Below are positions 50,269 through 59,249 of a stretch of DNA of 64,000 bases, piece by piece. Within the stretch, counting starts at the first letter, position 1, and every line of letters begins with the position of its first letter. The stretch is taken from positions 3,942 through 67,941 of the forward strand of contig WQSH01000001.1 of the NCBI GenBank assembly GCA_009787995.1, read 5' to 3'. Under the pieces are notes generated by a model. It worked only from the letters and a program-made list of their open reading frames with translations. It did no database searches and had not been told where the DNA came from. The stretch is from Oscillospiraceae bacterium. Its GTDB lineage: Bacteria; Bacillota; Clostridia; Oscillospirales; Oscillospiraceae. The position numbers were made by a program, and so were the translations under genes.

Positions 50269-50969
50269 TGCAGCCCGCCTCCTGTTAGTTTTACAAATAC
50301 GCCTTCTAGGTCTTGCGTGGTTTTTATTGCGCCATGCCTCTCGCAGATGTCCTTAGGAGGGCCTTCTTCTATGATTTTCCCTTCATGCAGCATAACGACG
50401 CGGTCGCAGAGGTTTGTGGCTTCCTCCATGTTGTGGGTTGTGAGGAAAATTGTGCTGCCTGCTTTGCGCAGGTCTCGGATTAGCCAGTAGATGCCGCGCG
50501 CAGTGACGGGGTCCAGAGCACTGGTCGGCTCGTCAAGGAAGAGCACTTTTGGCTTGTGAAGAAGTGCGCGCGCCAGCACCAGCCGTTGGCGCATCCCTTT
50601 CGACAGGTCGTTTACTTTTGTTTTTGCGGCCTTTTCCAGCCCTACCTTTTTCAGCACATCCGTCGTGTGAGCGCGGGGGATTCCATATATTTCCTCAAAG
50701 ACGATGAGGTTGTCCAGCGCCGAAAGTTGTACGAATAGGCCATCGTGTTCGAGCATCAGGCCGATTTCACTGCTGCTTGCGGCAACATGCCACTGCCCGC
50801 TGTCGGCAGTAATTTGCCTAGTCAGTATGTTGATTATTGTCGTTTTGCCGGCGCCCGACGGACCAAGCATCCCGAAAATTTCGCCTTCGTAGGTTTCAAA
50901 TGTGACATCTTCCAGCACCTTGTTCCCACCGAAGGATTTCTCCACGTTTTTCATGCTTACGCTAATCAT
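50265..50969 (-). CDS. ABC transporter ATP-binding protein (paralog of 994..1692)
   Basis: Walker A GPSGAGKTT, signature LSKGMRQR, Walker B LFLDEPTSALD. The ATG at 50969 is preceded by AAGGAGGAGGTG. Confidence 0.9.
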   Translation of the reverse strand: MISVSMKNVEKSFGGNKVLEDVTFETYEGEIFGMLGPSGAGKTTIINILTRQITADSGQWHVAASSSEIGLMLEHDGLFVQLSALDNLIVFEEIYGIPRAHTTDVLKKVGLEKAAKTKVNDLSKGMRQRLVLARALLHKPKVLFLDEPTSALDPVTARGIYWLIRDLRKAGSTIFLTTHNMEEATNLCDRVVMLHEGKIIEEGPPKDICERHGAIKTTQDLEGVFVKLTGGGLQ

Positions 50970-51194
50970 GCGACGTACACCTCCTCCTTGGCAATAAGCA
51001 TACACCCTCACGTATACGTCACAGTCAAGACATTTTTGAAAAATTTTTTACCCTAGGTTGAAATACGAATGCCCACGGCGATTATTCCAGTATGCCGAGC
51101 CAAGCAAAAGTGGACGTTCAGATTTTAGTATATATACACAACCACAGGTATCTAATATTATGGATATATATTATTTTTATTTTCACACTATCAC

Positions 51195-51223
51195 TTGACC
51201 TTAATTGATTTTATTGTTATAAT
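51195..51223 (+). promoter_or_regulatory. Near-consensus sigma-A promoter
   Basis: TTGACC, 17-nt spacer, TATAAT; AGGGAG Shine-Dalgarno, then the ATG at 51248. Confidence 0.65.
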
Positions 51224-51247
51224 AACATTTATTAGGGAGTTGATACT

Positions 51248-51703
51248 ATGATTGCAAAACAACTTGAAAGTTCATTGATTTCAATAATTCAAAGCGTGAT
51301 TGAGGAAAGTACTATAAAATTGGAGTCATTACCGATCGAGGCTCACATCGCAGTCAAGGCGCAGCGAATTCGCCGGAATATGGCTTTACATTGCAAGGCT
51401 ATTGCATTTATGGAGTATGGTGCTCATGATCCAATATATGCGAGGCAGGCAGTTTTAACAGCCGAGGGGCTAGATAGTAAAATGCTGGAAAATTGCCCGA
51501 ATGAGGAAATAACGTATCTTCATGCACTTTGGTGCATTGAGAGATTAATGCAGCATTATTCTGCTGAGCTGATAAAAGCCAATAATTTCAACGATGATGA
51601 AAAAATTTTTGTACTTGAAACGCAACTCGAAGTGCTTAGCGAGATTGTCTGTAAAATCCGCGATTTTGGAAAGCTAGAGAGGTATAACTTATATGAATGT
51701 TGA
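51248..51703 (+). CDS. Hypothetical protein (all-alpha by appearance, no motif recognised)
   Basis: 151-aa ORF with good promoter and Shine-Dalgarno. Its 3' end overlaps the next gene by 11 nt. Confidence 0.5.
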   Translation: MIAKQLESSLISIIQSVIEESTIKLESLPIEAHIAVKAQRIRRNMALHCKAIAFMEYGAHDPIYARQAVLTAEGLDSKMLENCPNEEITYLHALWCIERLMQHYSAELIKANNFNDDEKIFVLETQLEVLSEIVCKIRDFGKLERYNLYEC

Positions 51704-52238
51704 CATCGCTAATTTTTTCAAATGCTTTGCAGACCAGTCAAGGATTGATATAATCAACATACTGTCATCTGGCGAAAGTTACACGGAATTGATTTCGGAT
51801 ATTCTTTCATTGACAATGGCAACTGTCTCTTTTCATTTGAAAAAATTGGAAGCCGCAGGTATTGTTAGTTCTCGACGAGAGCAATACTATTTAATATACA
51901 CGTTGAATAATGATTTGCTTGACAAAAAGTTATCAGACATTGTGATAACCACAAAATCAGAGCGAGCGAATTCCATTACGGAATCTGAGTATGCGAAAAA
52001 AGTTATCTCAACATTTTTTCAGCACGGCAAATTGAATAAAATCCCCGCACAATTAAAAAAAAGAGAGATAGTTTTACGCGAGATACTCAAGGCTTTTGAG
52101 CTGGAACGCGAATACACAGAAAGAGAAGTCAATATTATTATCGCTGATTTTAATGATGACTTTTGCGCACTACGTCGCGCGATGATAGAATTTAAGCTGA
52201 TGGAGCGGGAAAATATGATTTACAAACGTCTTGAGTAG
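51693..52238 (+). CDS. ArsR-type HTH regulator with a C-terminal DUF2087-like domain
   Basis: The N-terminus (FKCFADQSRIDIINILSSGE...VSFHLKKLEAAGIV) is an ArsR/SmtB wHTH. The C-terminus (REYTEREVNIIIADFNDDFCALRRAMIE) resembles DUF2087. Confidence 0.7.
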   Translation: MNVDIANFFKCFADQSRIDIINILSSGESYTELISDILSLTMATVSFHLKKLEAAGIVSSRREQYYLIYTLNNDLLDKKLSDIVITTKSERANSITESEYAKKVISTFFQHGKLNKIPAQLKKREIVLREILKAFELEREYTEREVNIIIADFNDDFCALRRAMIEFKLMERENMIYKRLE

Positions 52239-52352
52239 CTGTTAATACTTGCAAACCATTAGACTATCAAAAATGTTTGTCAGACTCCGATAGCAAATTT
52301 TCTTCCAACCATTTTGCCAATCCGCCTCAGTAGGTACGAACTGCTTTCCAAA

Positions 52353-52808
52353 TTAAAAGCTGCCTGTTGCCCCTTCTTCTTCAATGTCAACCCACAGGTT
52401 ATAGCGTTTTGTGCTAAATTTTAGGACGCAATAATTAGGGTCGTCTGCCCCATTGGGGAAATGTTCTTCCAGCCCCTGATACCATGTGTCCTTTTTCGTT
52501 TCGGCATCTGTTACTACTTCAATATCCCCTACAAGGGTAATGTTGTAGTATGCGCCACCTTCATAGTTGTCATCGAATATGCACACAGATGCACGGCTGT
52601 TCTCTTTCGCACGTTTTGCCTTGTTTGAGTCAAGGGCAACACCAAATGTAATTTGACGGATACCATCGGCTTTAGAAATAGAAACAGTAGACGTAGTGGG
52701 ATACCCTTCGTGGTCTAACAGCGACAAAGCAACGCCCTCTCCCATACCTAACTCTGCCGTCTTGTTTTTGATAATTTCTTCTGCTCTTGTAATTGTTTTT
52801 TTACTCAT
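52353..52808 (-). CDS. Pyridoxamine 5'-phosphate oxidase-like (FMN-binding split-barrel) protein
   Basis: 151 aa; the pattern resembles general-stress-protein-26/PNPOx-family proteins. Confidence 0.65.
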   Translation of the reverse strand: MSKKTITRAEEIIKNKTAELGMGEGVALSLLDHEGYPTTSTVSISKADGIRQITFGVALDSNKAKRAKENSRASVCIFDDNYEGGAYYNITLVGDIEVVTDAETKKDTWYQGLEEHFPNGADDPNYCVLKFSTKRYNLWVDIEEEGATGSF

Positions 52809-53155
52809 GTTTCACCCATCCTTTATTTTTGCAGATAGCACAGCTGACCGGACTCTGCTGCACACTTAAACGGCTCAAGCACCGCTCATTATATAGTAAA
52901 ATATGACGCAGCGCAAGCAACATCACACTGGTAGCTTTGGAAAAAGTGTACATTGGTTACTAGTTCAGGGCCAGCCAAGAAAACCTAGTAGTAGGCACTT
53001 GATAGTAACATACATTGCTACCGAAAGCAAAATATCAAACAAACTCAATTCGCCCGTGGATTGAAATTATCTCACCTAATGGGATATGGAGTATTGGTGC
53101 GCTGGCTTTTATAATAAATGCAAGCGCGCTAATATTTTTCTTGGAGGAATTTTCA

Positions 53156-54076
53156 ATGTATGTAGCCGAAAACTTGAAAGCCCTGCGCAAAGGTAAGGAA
53201 TGGACGCAGGAAGAAATGTCAGAGGCAATTGGTGTTTCGCCGCAAAGCATCAGTAAATGGGAACGGGGGGACACCTTCCCCGACATCACGCTCCTACCCG
53301 CCCTTGCTAATTTGTTCAAGGTCAGCGTGGATGCCATTATCGGGATGGATAAAATTAATGAGGAAGAGGCAAAAACTGCGGTATTCAAGTCCGGGCATGA
53401 GTATTTACGCCAAGGCGATGGTAAAGCCGCTTCAAAGGTCTTTTCAGATGCGCTGAAAACCTATCCCAACGATGAAAGTCTGATGTGCGAACTGGCTTTG
53501 GTTTTATCTCTCGAAAGCGACCCGGCAAAGTTGCAACAGGCGGCTTCGTTGTGCGAACGGGTGCTTTCTGGCAATCCCACCGAAAAAGTGCGCCATACCA
53601 CCTGCGCCGCTGTATGTTTCGTCTACTTCAAGCTGGGGGAAAAAGACAAAGCCCTGGCCGCCGCGCGTAATTTGCCGCATCTTCGTGAAAGCCGTGAGAA
53701 TATTTTAGCGGAATTCCGAGACGAACCGGATGTTGCCGACATCAACTCGTACCTAAGATTTATCGCCTTGGGTGAGGAAGACAACCAAGATAAGGTGCTG
53801 GTTGATTTTGGCATGGACATGGTTGTTATGTTTACTAGTGAGTATGATTTACTGGAGCGGATAAAAATACTCCGCAAAGAAATCGGTGTAGACTCAAGCC
53901 TCAAAGGACAGCGAAAGCTTCCGCATATCCGTGTCCGTGATAATATTGACCTGCCCCCCAGCCGAGTTCGGGTTTGCTATTATGCGGATTTATTGCTGGA
54001 TAAAGATTTTTTAAACCCTGATGATGCTGTTGAAGAAGTGATTATGGCTTTAAGTAAGATAGCGAAAAATATTTGA
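53156..54076 (+). CDS. XRE-family HTH regulator with TPR-like middle and FlhA-like C-terminal segment
   Basis: HTH: LRKGKEWTQEEMSEAIGVSPQSISKWERG. The ATG at 53156 is preceded by GGAGG. The C-terminus is LLERIKILRKEIG...LPHIRVRDNIDLPPSRVRV. Confidence 0.8.
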   Translation: MYVAENLKALRKGKEWTQEEMSEAIGVSPQSISKWERGDTFPDITLLPALANLFKVSVDAIIGMDKINEEEAKTAVFKSGHEYLRQGDGKAASKVFSDALKTYPNDESLMCELALVLSLESDPAKLQQAASLCERVLSGNPTEKVRHTTCAAVCFVYFKLGEKDKALAAARNLPHLRESRENILAEFRDEPDVADINSYLRFIALGEEDNQDKVLVDFGMDMVVMFTSEYDLLERIKILRKEIGVDSSLKGQRKLPHIRVRDNIDLPPSRVRVCYYADLLLDKDFLNPDDAVEEVIMALSKIAKNI

Positions 54077-54165
54077 AACCTTACGAATTTGCGACCTTTT
54101 GCTAGGCAACTAAAAAAGTTGGGTATAAATTTTCAATGGAAGAAGTAGTGCTGGTAAGGGTGCTT

Positions 54166-55077
54166 TCACTTCATTAATACATACATAATGGCCTTCTGGC
54201 AGTGCAGGCGGTTTTCGGCTTCGTCGAAAATCTCCTGCGCATGTTTTTCGAAGATTTGTTCGGTGATTTCCTCTCCTTTGTGCGCAGGTAGGCAGTGCTG
54301 GATCATACAGCCGGGATTCGCCAAAGCCATTAGTGTATCGTTGACCTGATAGCCTTTAAACGCCATTTTGCGCTTCTCAGATTCGCCCTCTTGACCCATG
54401 GATGCCCACACATCGGTGAATATGACATCCGCCTTCGCTGCGGCGATTTCTGGCTTGTCCGTCAGCTCGAACTTGCAATCTTTGACCGAGCTTGCAAAAT
54501 CAAGCACCTGCTTGTCCGGCCTGTACCCTTCAGGGCATGCGGCAGACACGTCCATGCCACATTTCAGGCAACCGGTTATCACCGAGTTAGCAACATTATT
54601 GCCATCCCCAATCCAGCATGCCTTTAAGCCTTCGAGCCTCCCCTTGTGCTCCCGTATCGTCATCAAGTCGGAGAGCGCTTGGCAGGGGTGCTCAAAATCG
54701 GTCAAGCCATTTATGACCGGGATGGCCGAGTGGAGGGCGAGCTCCTCTACCTCTTCTTGCTCGAAAGTGCGTATCATAATGCAGTCGCAATAGCGGCTAA
54801 GCACCCTCGCCGTGTCCGCAATTGGCTCGCCTCGCCCAAGCTGGCTGTCCGCATTTGACAAAAAGATGCCATGGCCTCCCAGCTGAAAGATGCCTACTTC
54901 AAACGAGACGCGCGTGCGGGTTGAGTTTTTTGCAAAAATCATGGCAAGGGTTTTTCCGGATGGAAAATCATGCTTTTTCCCCGATTTCTGCTCAGCCTTG
55001 AGCCTGTCTGCCGTATCGAGTATAAGCGTTATATCGTCGCGGCTTAGGTCAAGTAACTTTAATAGGTCTTTGTTCAT
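54166..55077 (-). CDS. argF: Ornithine carbamoyltransferase
   Basis: STRTRVSFE, HPCQAL and HCLPAHKGEE motifs. Confidence 0.9.
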   Translation of the reverse strand: MNKDLLKLLDLSRDDITLILDTADRLKAEQKSGKKHDFPSGKTLAMIFAKNSTRTRVSFEVGIFQLGGHGIFLSNADSQLGRGEPIADTARVLSRYCDCIMIRTFEQEEVEELALHSAIPVINGLTDFEHPCQALSDLMTIREHKGRLEGLKACWIGDGNNVANSVITGCLKCGMDVSAACPEGYRPDKQVLDFASSVKDCKFELTDKPEIAAAKADVIFTDVWASMGQEGESEKRKMAFKGYQVNDTLMALANPGCMIQHCLPAHKGEEITEQIFEKHAQEIFDEAENRLHCQKAIMYVLMK

Positions 55078-55249
55078 AACATTTCCTCATATTGTATAGT
55101 AGTAGTTTTTATTGTCCCTCTCCAAGGACGTTATGCTGCACTGTTAGGGATACTGTGGTTTGGTTATCACGTCAAACTTAAATTTTGCATTTGCATCTCC
55201 ATATGCTATAATTGTCACTACCAAAAAAATATTGAAAGGATATGCATCA

Positions 55250-56935
55250 ATGAAATTTCCACAAATGCCGTACGCAAGGCCCGATTATGATGAGACGAGG
55301 GCAAAACTGGAGGCTCTTTTAACCAAATTCAAAGACGCTAAAACCAAGGAAGAGTGTTTTGCGGTTTGCGAGGAAATCGACGAATACTCCAAGGACATAG
55401 GCACTATGTTCAATTTGGCCTATATCCGGAATACCTTGGACACCACGGACGAATTTTATGACAAGGAGAAGGCGTATTCTGATGAGGTAAGCCCCAAACT
55501 CACAGAAGTTCAGCAGGAACTGGTAATGGCAAAACTACAATCCCCATTCAGGAAAGACATGGAGGAGGCATGGGGCACCCTCATGTTTGACAATGCTGAA
55601 ATACAGCTAAAAACCTTCACGCCCGCAATCGTGCCCGACAAGCAGGAGGAAAACAGGCTGCAAAGCGAATACTCCAAGCTCATAGCTTCCGCACAAATCG
55701 AGTTTGACGGCAAAACCCTGACATTGGCGCAAATCAGACCCTACTTTGAAAAGCCCGACCGCGGTGTGCGCAAAGCCGCCACAGAAGCCGCCGCCGCCTG
55801 GTATATGCAAAACAAGGATAAGCTTGATGAAATATTCGATGAGCTTGTAAAGGTGCGCCAGCGTATAGGCGAGAAGCTTGGCCACCCCAATTTTATCCAA
55901 GTGGGCTACTATCGCATGCAGCGCAACTGCTACGATGAAAAAATGGTGGCAAAGTTCCGGGAAGGCGTTGTGAAATACATCGTCCCCATCGCCAAAAGGC
56001 TCAAAGACGCACAAGCAAAGCGCATAGGCGTAGATACGCTAACGGTTTATGACGACCCCTTTGAGTATCCGGAAGGGAACGCCAATCCCAAAGGCACTCC
56101 CGACGAGATTTTTGCCCATGGCAAGAAAATGTATCATGAACTCTCGAAGGAGACGGGAGAGTTTATCGACTTTATGATGGATAATGAGCTGTTTGACGTG
56201 CTGACCCGCCCGGGCAAGGCGGCGGGGGGTTATTGCTCATTTATTTCAAAATTCAAATCCCCATTTATTTTCGCCAACTTCAATGGCACGGCGGGGGATA
56301 TTGACGTGCTGACCCATGAGGCGGGCCATGCCTACGCCGGATATGTTAGCAAGGATATTTATCCCTCTGAACTTAGGAGGTATTCCAGTGAAACGGCCGA
56401 AATCCATTCTATGGCGATGGAATTTTTCGCATGGCCTTGGATGGAAGGCTTCTTTGGGGACGAAACTAAGAAATACTACTACAGCCACCTGGCAAGCGCC
56501 CTCACATTTATTCCCTACGGCACAATGGTGGATGAGTTCCAGCATCATGTTTATGAGAAGCCCAATATGACGCTCAAAGAGCGCAACGACCTTTGGCTTG
56601 AACTGGAGGGCAAGTACCGCCCATGGCTCGATTTAAAAGGTGTGCCATTCTTCGATGAAGGCCGCCGCTGGCAATCTCAGCTGCACTTATATCAATATCC
56701 GTTCTACTACATAGATTACTGCTTGGCTCAAATCATGGCGCTCTCCTTCTGGGCGGAGGATCAAGTAGATCACGACTCCGCTTGGGGGAAATACCGCCGC
56801 CTAGTGGGCTTTGCGGGGACAAAGACCTTTGTGGACTTAATAAAAGACGCTGGACTCCCAAGCCCCTTTGTGCCCGATAACTTGAAAACCGTGGCAGATG
56901 CGGCTGCAAAATGGCTTGACGAGAACTCCTACTAA
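55250..56935 (+). CDS. M3-family oligoendopeptidase (PepF-like)
   Basis: Zinc motif HEAGHAY. Length and pattern fit M3B. ATG at 55250; the open frame begins at 55160. Confidence 0.85.
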   Translation: MKFPQMPYARPDYDETRAKLEALLTKFKDAKTKEECFAVCEEIDEYSKDIGTMFNLAYIRNTLDTTDEFYDKEKAYSDEVSPKLTEVQQELVMAKLQSPFRKDMEEAWGTLMFDNAEIQLKTFTPAIVPDKQEENRLQSEYSKLIASAQIEFDGKTLTLAQIRPYFEKPDRGVRKAATEAAAAWYMQNKDKLDEIFDELVKVRQRIGEKLGHPNFIQVGYYRMQRNCYDEKMVAKFREGVVKYIVPIAKRLKDAQAKRIGVDTLTVYDDPFEYPEGNANPKGTPDEIFAHGKKMYHELSKETGEFIDFMMDNELFDVLTRPGKAAGGYCSFISKFKSPFIFANFNGTAGDIDVLTHEAGHAYAGYVSKDIYPSELRRYSSETAEIHSMAMEFFAWPWMEGFFGDETKKYYYSHLASALTFIPYGTMVDEFQHHVYEKPNMTLKERNDLWLELEGKYRPWLDLKGVPFFDEGRRWQSQLHLYQYPFYYIDYCLAQIMALSFWAEDQVDHDSAWGKYRRLVGFAGTKTFVDLIKDAGLPSPFVPDNLKTVADAAAKWLDENSY

Positions 56936-56976
56936 GCGGCTGGGTTGGTGGCTATTTTGAAGTAGCGCTGTGTTTT

Positions 56977-58224
56977 CTATAGATGCTTCTTCAAAATGGC
57001 CAAACCCTTGTCTATTTCCTCGTAGGTTATTGTCAGTGGAGGGAGCATTCTCAGGGCGTCGGCGCCGGCTGTCAGTATCAGGAGTCCGTCGTCCACGCAA
57101 GCTTGTGCCACGTCCTTGGGCGCCACCCCCTTCATCGAAATGCCCAGCATAAGACCTTTGCCACGGATTTCGCCTACTGACTGCAAACCCCAGCTTTTTA
57201 TCGTCTCAGCGATGTGCTGGCCTTTTTTTGTGACTTCCGCCAGTGCGCCGTCGTCCAATTGATTCAGAACTTCCAGCGCACCCGCCGCCGATATGGGATT
57301 TCCGCCGAAGGTCGTCGCATGTGTCCCTGCTGTCAGGACTGCGGCGCACTTTTCATTTGCCATGATGCCTCCCATCGGCAATCCCCCTGCGATGCCCTTT
57401 GCGAAGCTCACAACATCAGGCACTATGCCATAGTGCTGAAATGCAAACAGCGCACCCGTCCTGCCGACCCCTGTCTGCACCTCGTCGATCAGCAGCAGCA
57501 AATCCCGGTCGGTGCATAGTTTTGCTACGGCTTTTACATACCCCGGGTCGAGCGGCAGGACGCCGCCCTCGCCCTGTATGAGTTCTAGCAGGATGGCGCA
57601 CACACCGCCACTGGTTGGCGCGGCCGGCATTGGTTTCAGCGCCGATGTGCCATCGATGCTTGCAGCGGCTGTTGCGCCTGCGTCCAATAATGTTTCCAGC
57701 GCCTTGATGTCGTTTGCGGCGACATGCTCAAAGCCCTCAGTGAATGGGAAAAAATAATTGTGAAACGATTCCTGCCCCGTTGCGGCCAGGGTCGTAATCG
57801 TCCTGCCGTGAAAGCTCTGCATGAGGCTGATTATCGTGCTCCTGCCTTTGCCGTATTTGTCGAATGAATATTTTCGAGCGAGCTTAATCATGCCCTCGTT
57901 GGCCTCGCCGCCCGCATTCGCAAAGAACACATTTTTCATCCCCGTGCGCGCCGTAAGCCGCTCGGCAAGTTTGGCGTATGGCTCAGAGTAATATAGGTTT
58001 GATACGTGCTGGAGCTTCATAGCCTGCGTATACACCGCATCCGCCCATTTCTTATTTCCGTATCCAATGGAATTGACGCCGATGCCGCTTGTAAAGTCGA
58101 TATACTCTTTTCCCTCAGGGCTGTAGAGCCTTGCGCCTTCGCCTCGTTCGATTACAGCGTCGAACCGTCCGTAAGTTTGCATAACATTTTGTGAATCAAT
58201 GGTTTTTATTTCATTGCTGGTCAT
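56977..58224 (-). CDS. argD: Acetylornithine aminotransferase
   Basis: Class-III aminotransferase motifs (ELIQGEGG, LIDEVQTGVGRTG, SFAKGIAGG). Confidence 0.9.
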   Translation of the reverse strand: MTSNEIKTIDSQNVMQTYGRFDAVIERGEGARLYSPEGKEYIDFTSGIGVNSIGYGNKKWADAVYTQAMKLQHVSNLYYSEPYAKLAERLTARTGMKNVFFANAGGEANEGMIKLARKYSFDKYGKGRSTIISLMQSFHGRTITTLAATGQESFHNYFFPFTEGFEHVAANDIKALETLLDAGATAAASIDGTSALKPMPAAPTSGGVCAILLELIQGEGGVLPLDPGYVKAVAKLCTDRDLLLLIDEVQTGVGRTGALFAFQHYGIVPDVVSFAKGIAGGLPMGGIMANEKCAAVLTAGTHATTFGGNPISAAGALEVLNQLDDGALAEVTKKGQHIAETIKSWGLQSVGEIRGKGLMLGISMKGVAPKDVAQACVDDGLLILTAGADALRMLPPLTITYEEIDKGLAILKKHL

Positions 58225-58370
58225 ATTGTGCCCTCCTTAGTTTGTATAGGGGATTGCCCCTAAGAGCCTGTTTATAATCTTTTTGTACTTTACTACTCAG
58301 CAGCAGTTCCCGAGAAAACCTAGCAGTAGGCTTCTTAATGCCGGGTCGTTTGCACCCATCATATCAGGCT

Positions 58371-59237
58371 CTAATATATCATAGTGCCGGCGCCTTCGTC
58401 GGTTAGCATCTCTATTAGTATTGAGTGCCTTATCCGCCCATCTAGGATGTGCGTCCGCTTTACTCCACCCGCTATTGCAGTAGCGCAGCACTCTACTTTT
58501 GGAATCATGCCGCCTGCCACAATCTTTTTTTCCTTAAGGCTCTCAATTTCATCTACTCTAATCACCTTTATCAGCGTTTCTTCGGCATCCGGAACACGCA
58601 GCACCCCACGTGTGTTCGTCAGCAAAATCAGCTTTTCCGCACCTAGCGCCGCCGCCAGCTTTGCCGCTGCGGGGTCAGCGTTGACATTGTACGAAGCGTC
58701 CTTATCCACCCCAAATGCTACCGTGGCAATGACCGGAATATGCCCATCGTCAATTGCTTGCCGCACTATCCCCGGATTGACATTAACTATATCCCCGACA
58801 AATCCATAATCATCGCCGTCGCCCTTATCCATCTTTTTTGCTTCGAAAAGCTTTCCGTCCAGCCCGCACAGGCCTATGGCGCTTCCACCTTTTCTCTGGA
58901 TTGTCGCTACGAGGTCTTTGTTGACCTTTCCGCACAAAATCCCCTGCACGACTTCCATTGTTTCGCTGTCGGTATAGCGCAGCCCATTGATGAACCGGGG
59001 CTCTATACCCAATCGGTCTAGCATCTCATTTATTTCAGGCCCGCCGCCATGGACAAGCACGGCATGTATGCCGACAAGCTGCAATAATATTATATCCTCA
59101 ATGACTGCATCAAATAATTCAGGGCTTATCATTGCGTTTCCGCCATATTTTATAACAACGACTTTGCCTGTGAATTTTTGTATGTAAGGCAGTGCTTCTA
59201 CAAGCGTATGCGCACGTTCGTGGTTGCTGTTAATCAT
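58371..59237 (-). CDS. argB: Acetylglutamate kinase
   Basis: VVIKYGGNAM and VLVHGGGPEI motifs. Confidence 0.93.
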   Translation of the reverse strand: MINSNHERAHTLVEALPYIQKFTGKVVVIKYGGNAMISPELFDAVIEDIILLQLVGIHAVLVHGGGPEINEMLDRLGIEPRFINGLRYTDSETMEVVQGILCGKVNKDLVATIQRKGGSAIGLCGLDGKLFEAKKMDKGDGDDYGFVGDIVNVNPGIVRQAIDDGHIPVIATVAFGVDKDASYNVNADPAAAKLAAALGAEKLILLTNTRGVLRVPDAEETLIKVIRVDEIESLKEKKIVAGGMIPKVECCATAIAGGVKRTHILDGRIRHSILIEMLTDEGAGTMIY

Positions 59238-59249
59238 TTGCCCCCCTGC

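Noticed and set aside
52979-52996. 18-nt match (1 mismatch) gaaaacctagtagtaggc at 52979..52996 versus gaaaacctagcagtaggc at 58314..58331.
   Set aside because: A rough expectation for an 18-mer with 1 or fewer mismatches among all pairs in 64 kb on both strands is of order one. I saw no flanking similarity, so I treat it as chance.
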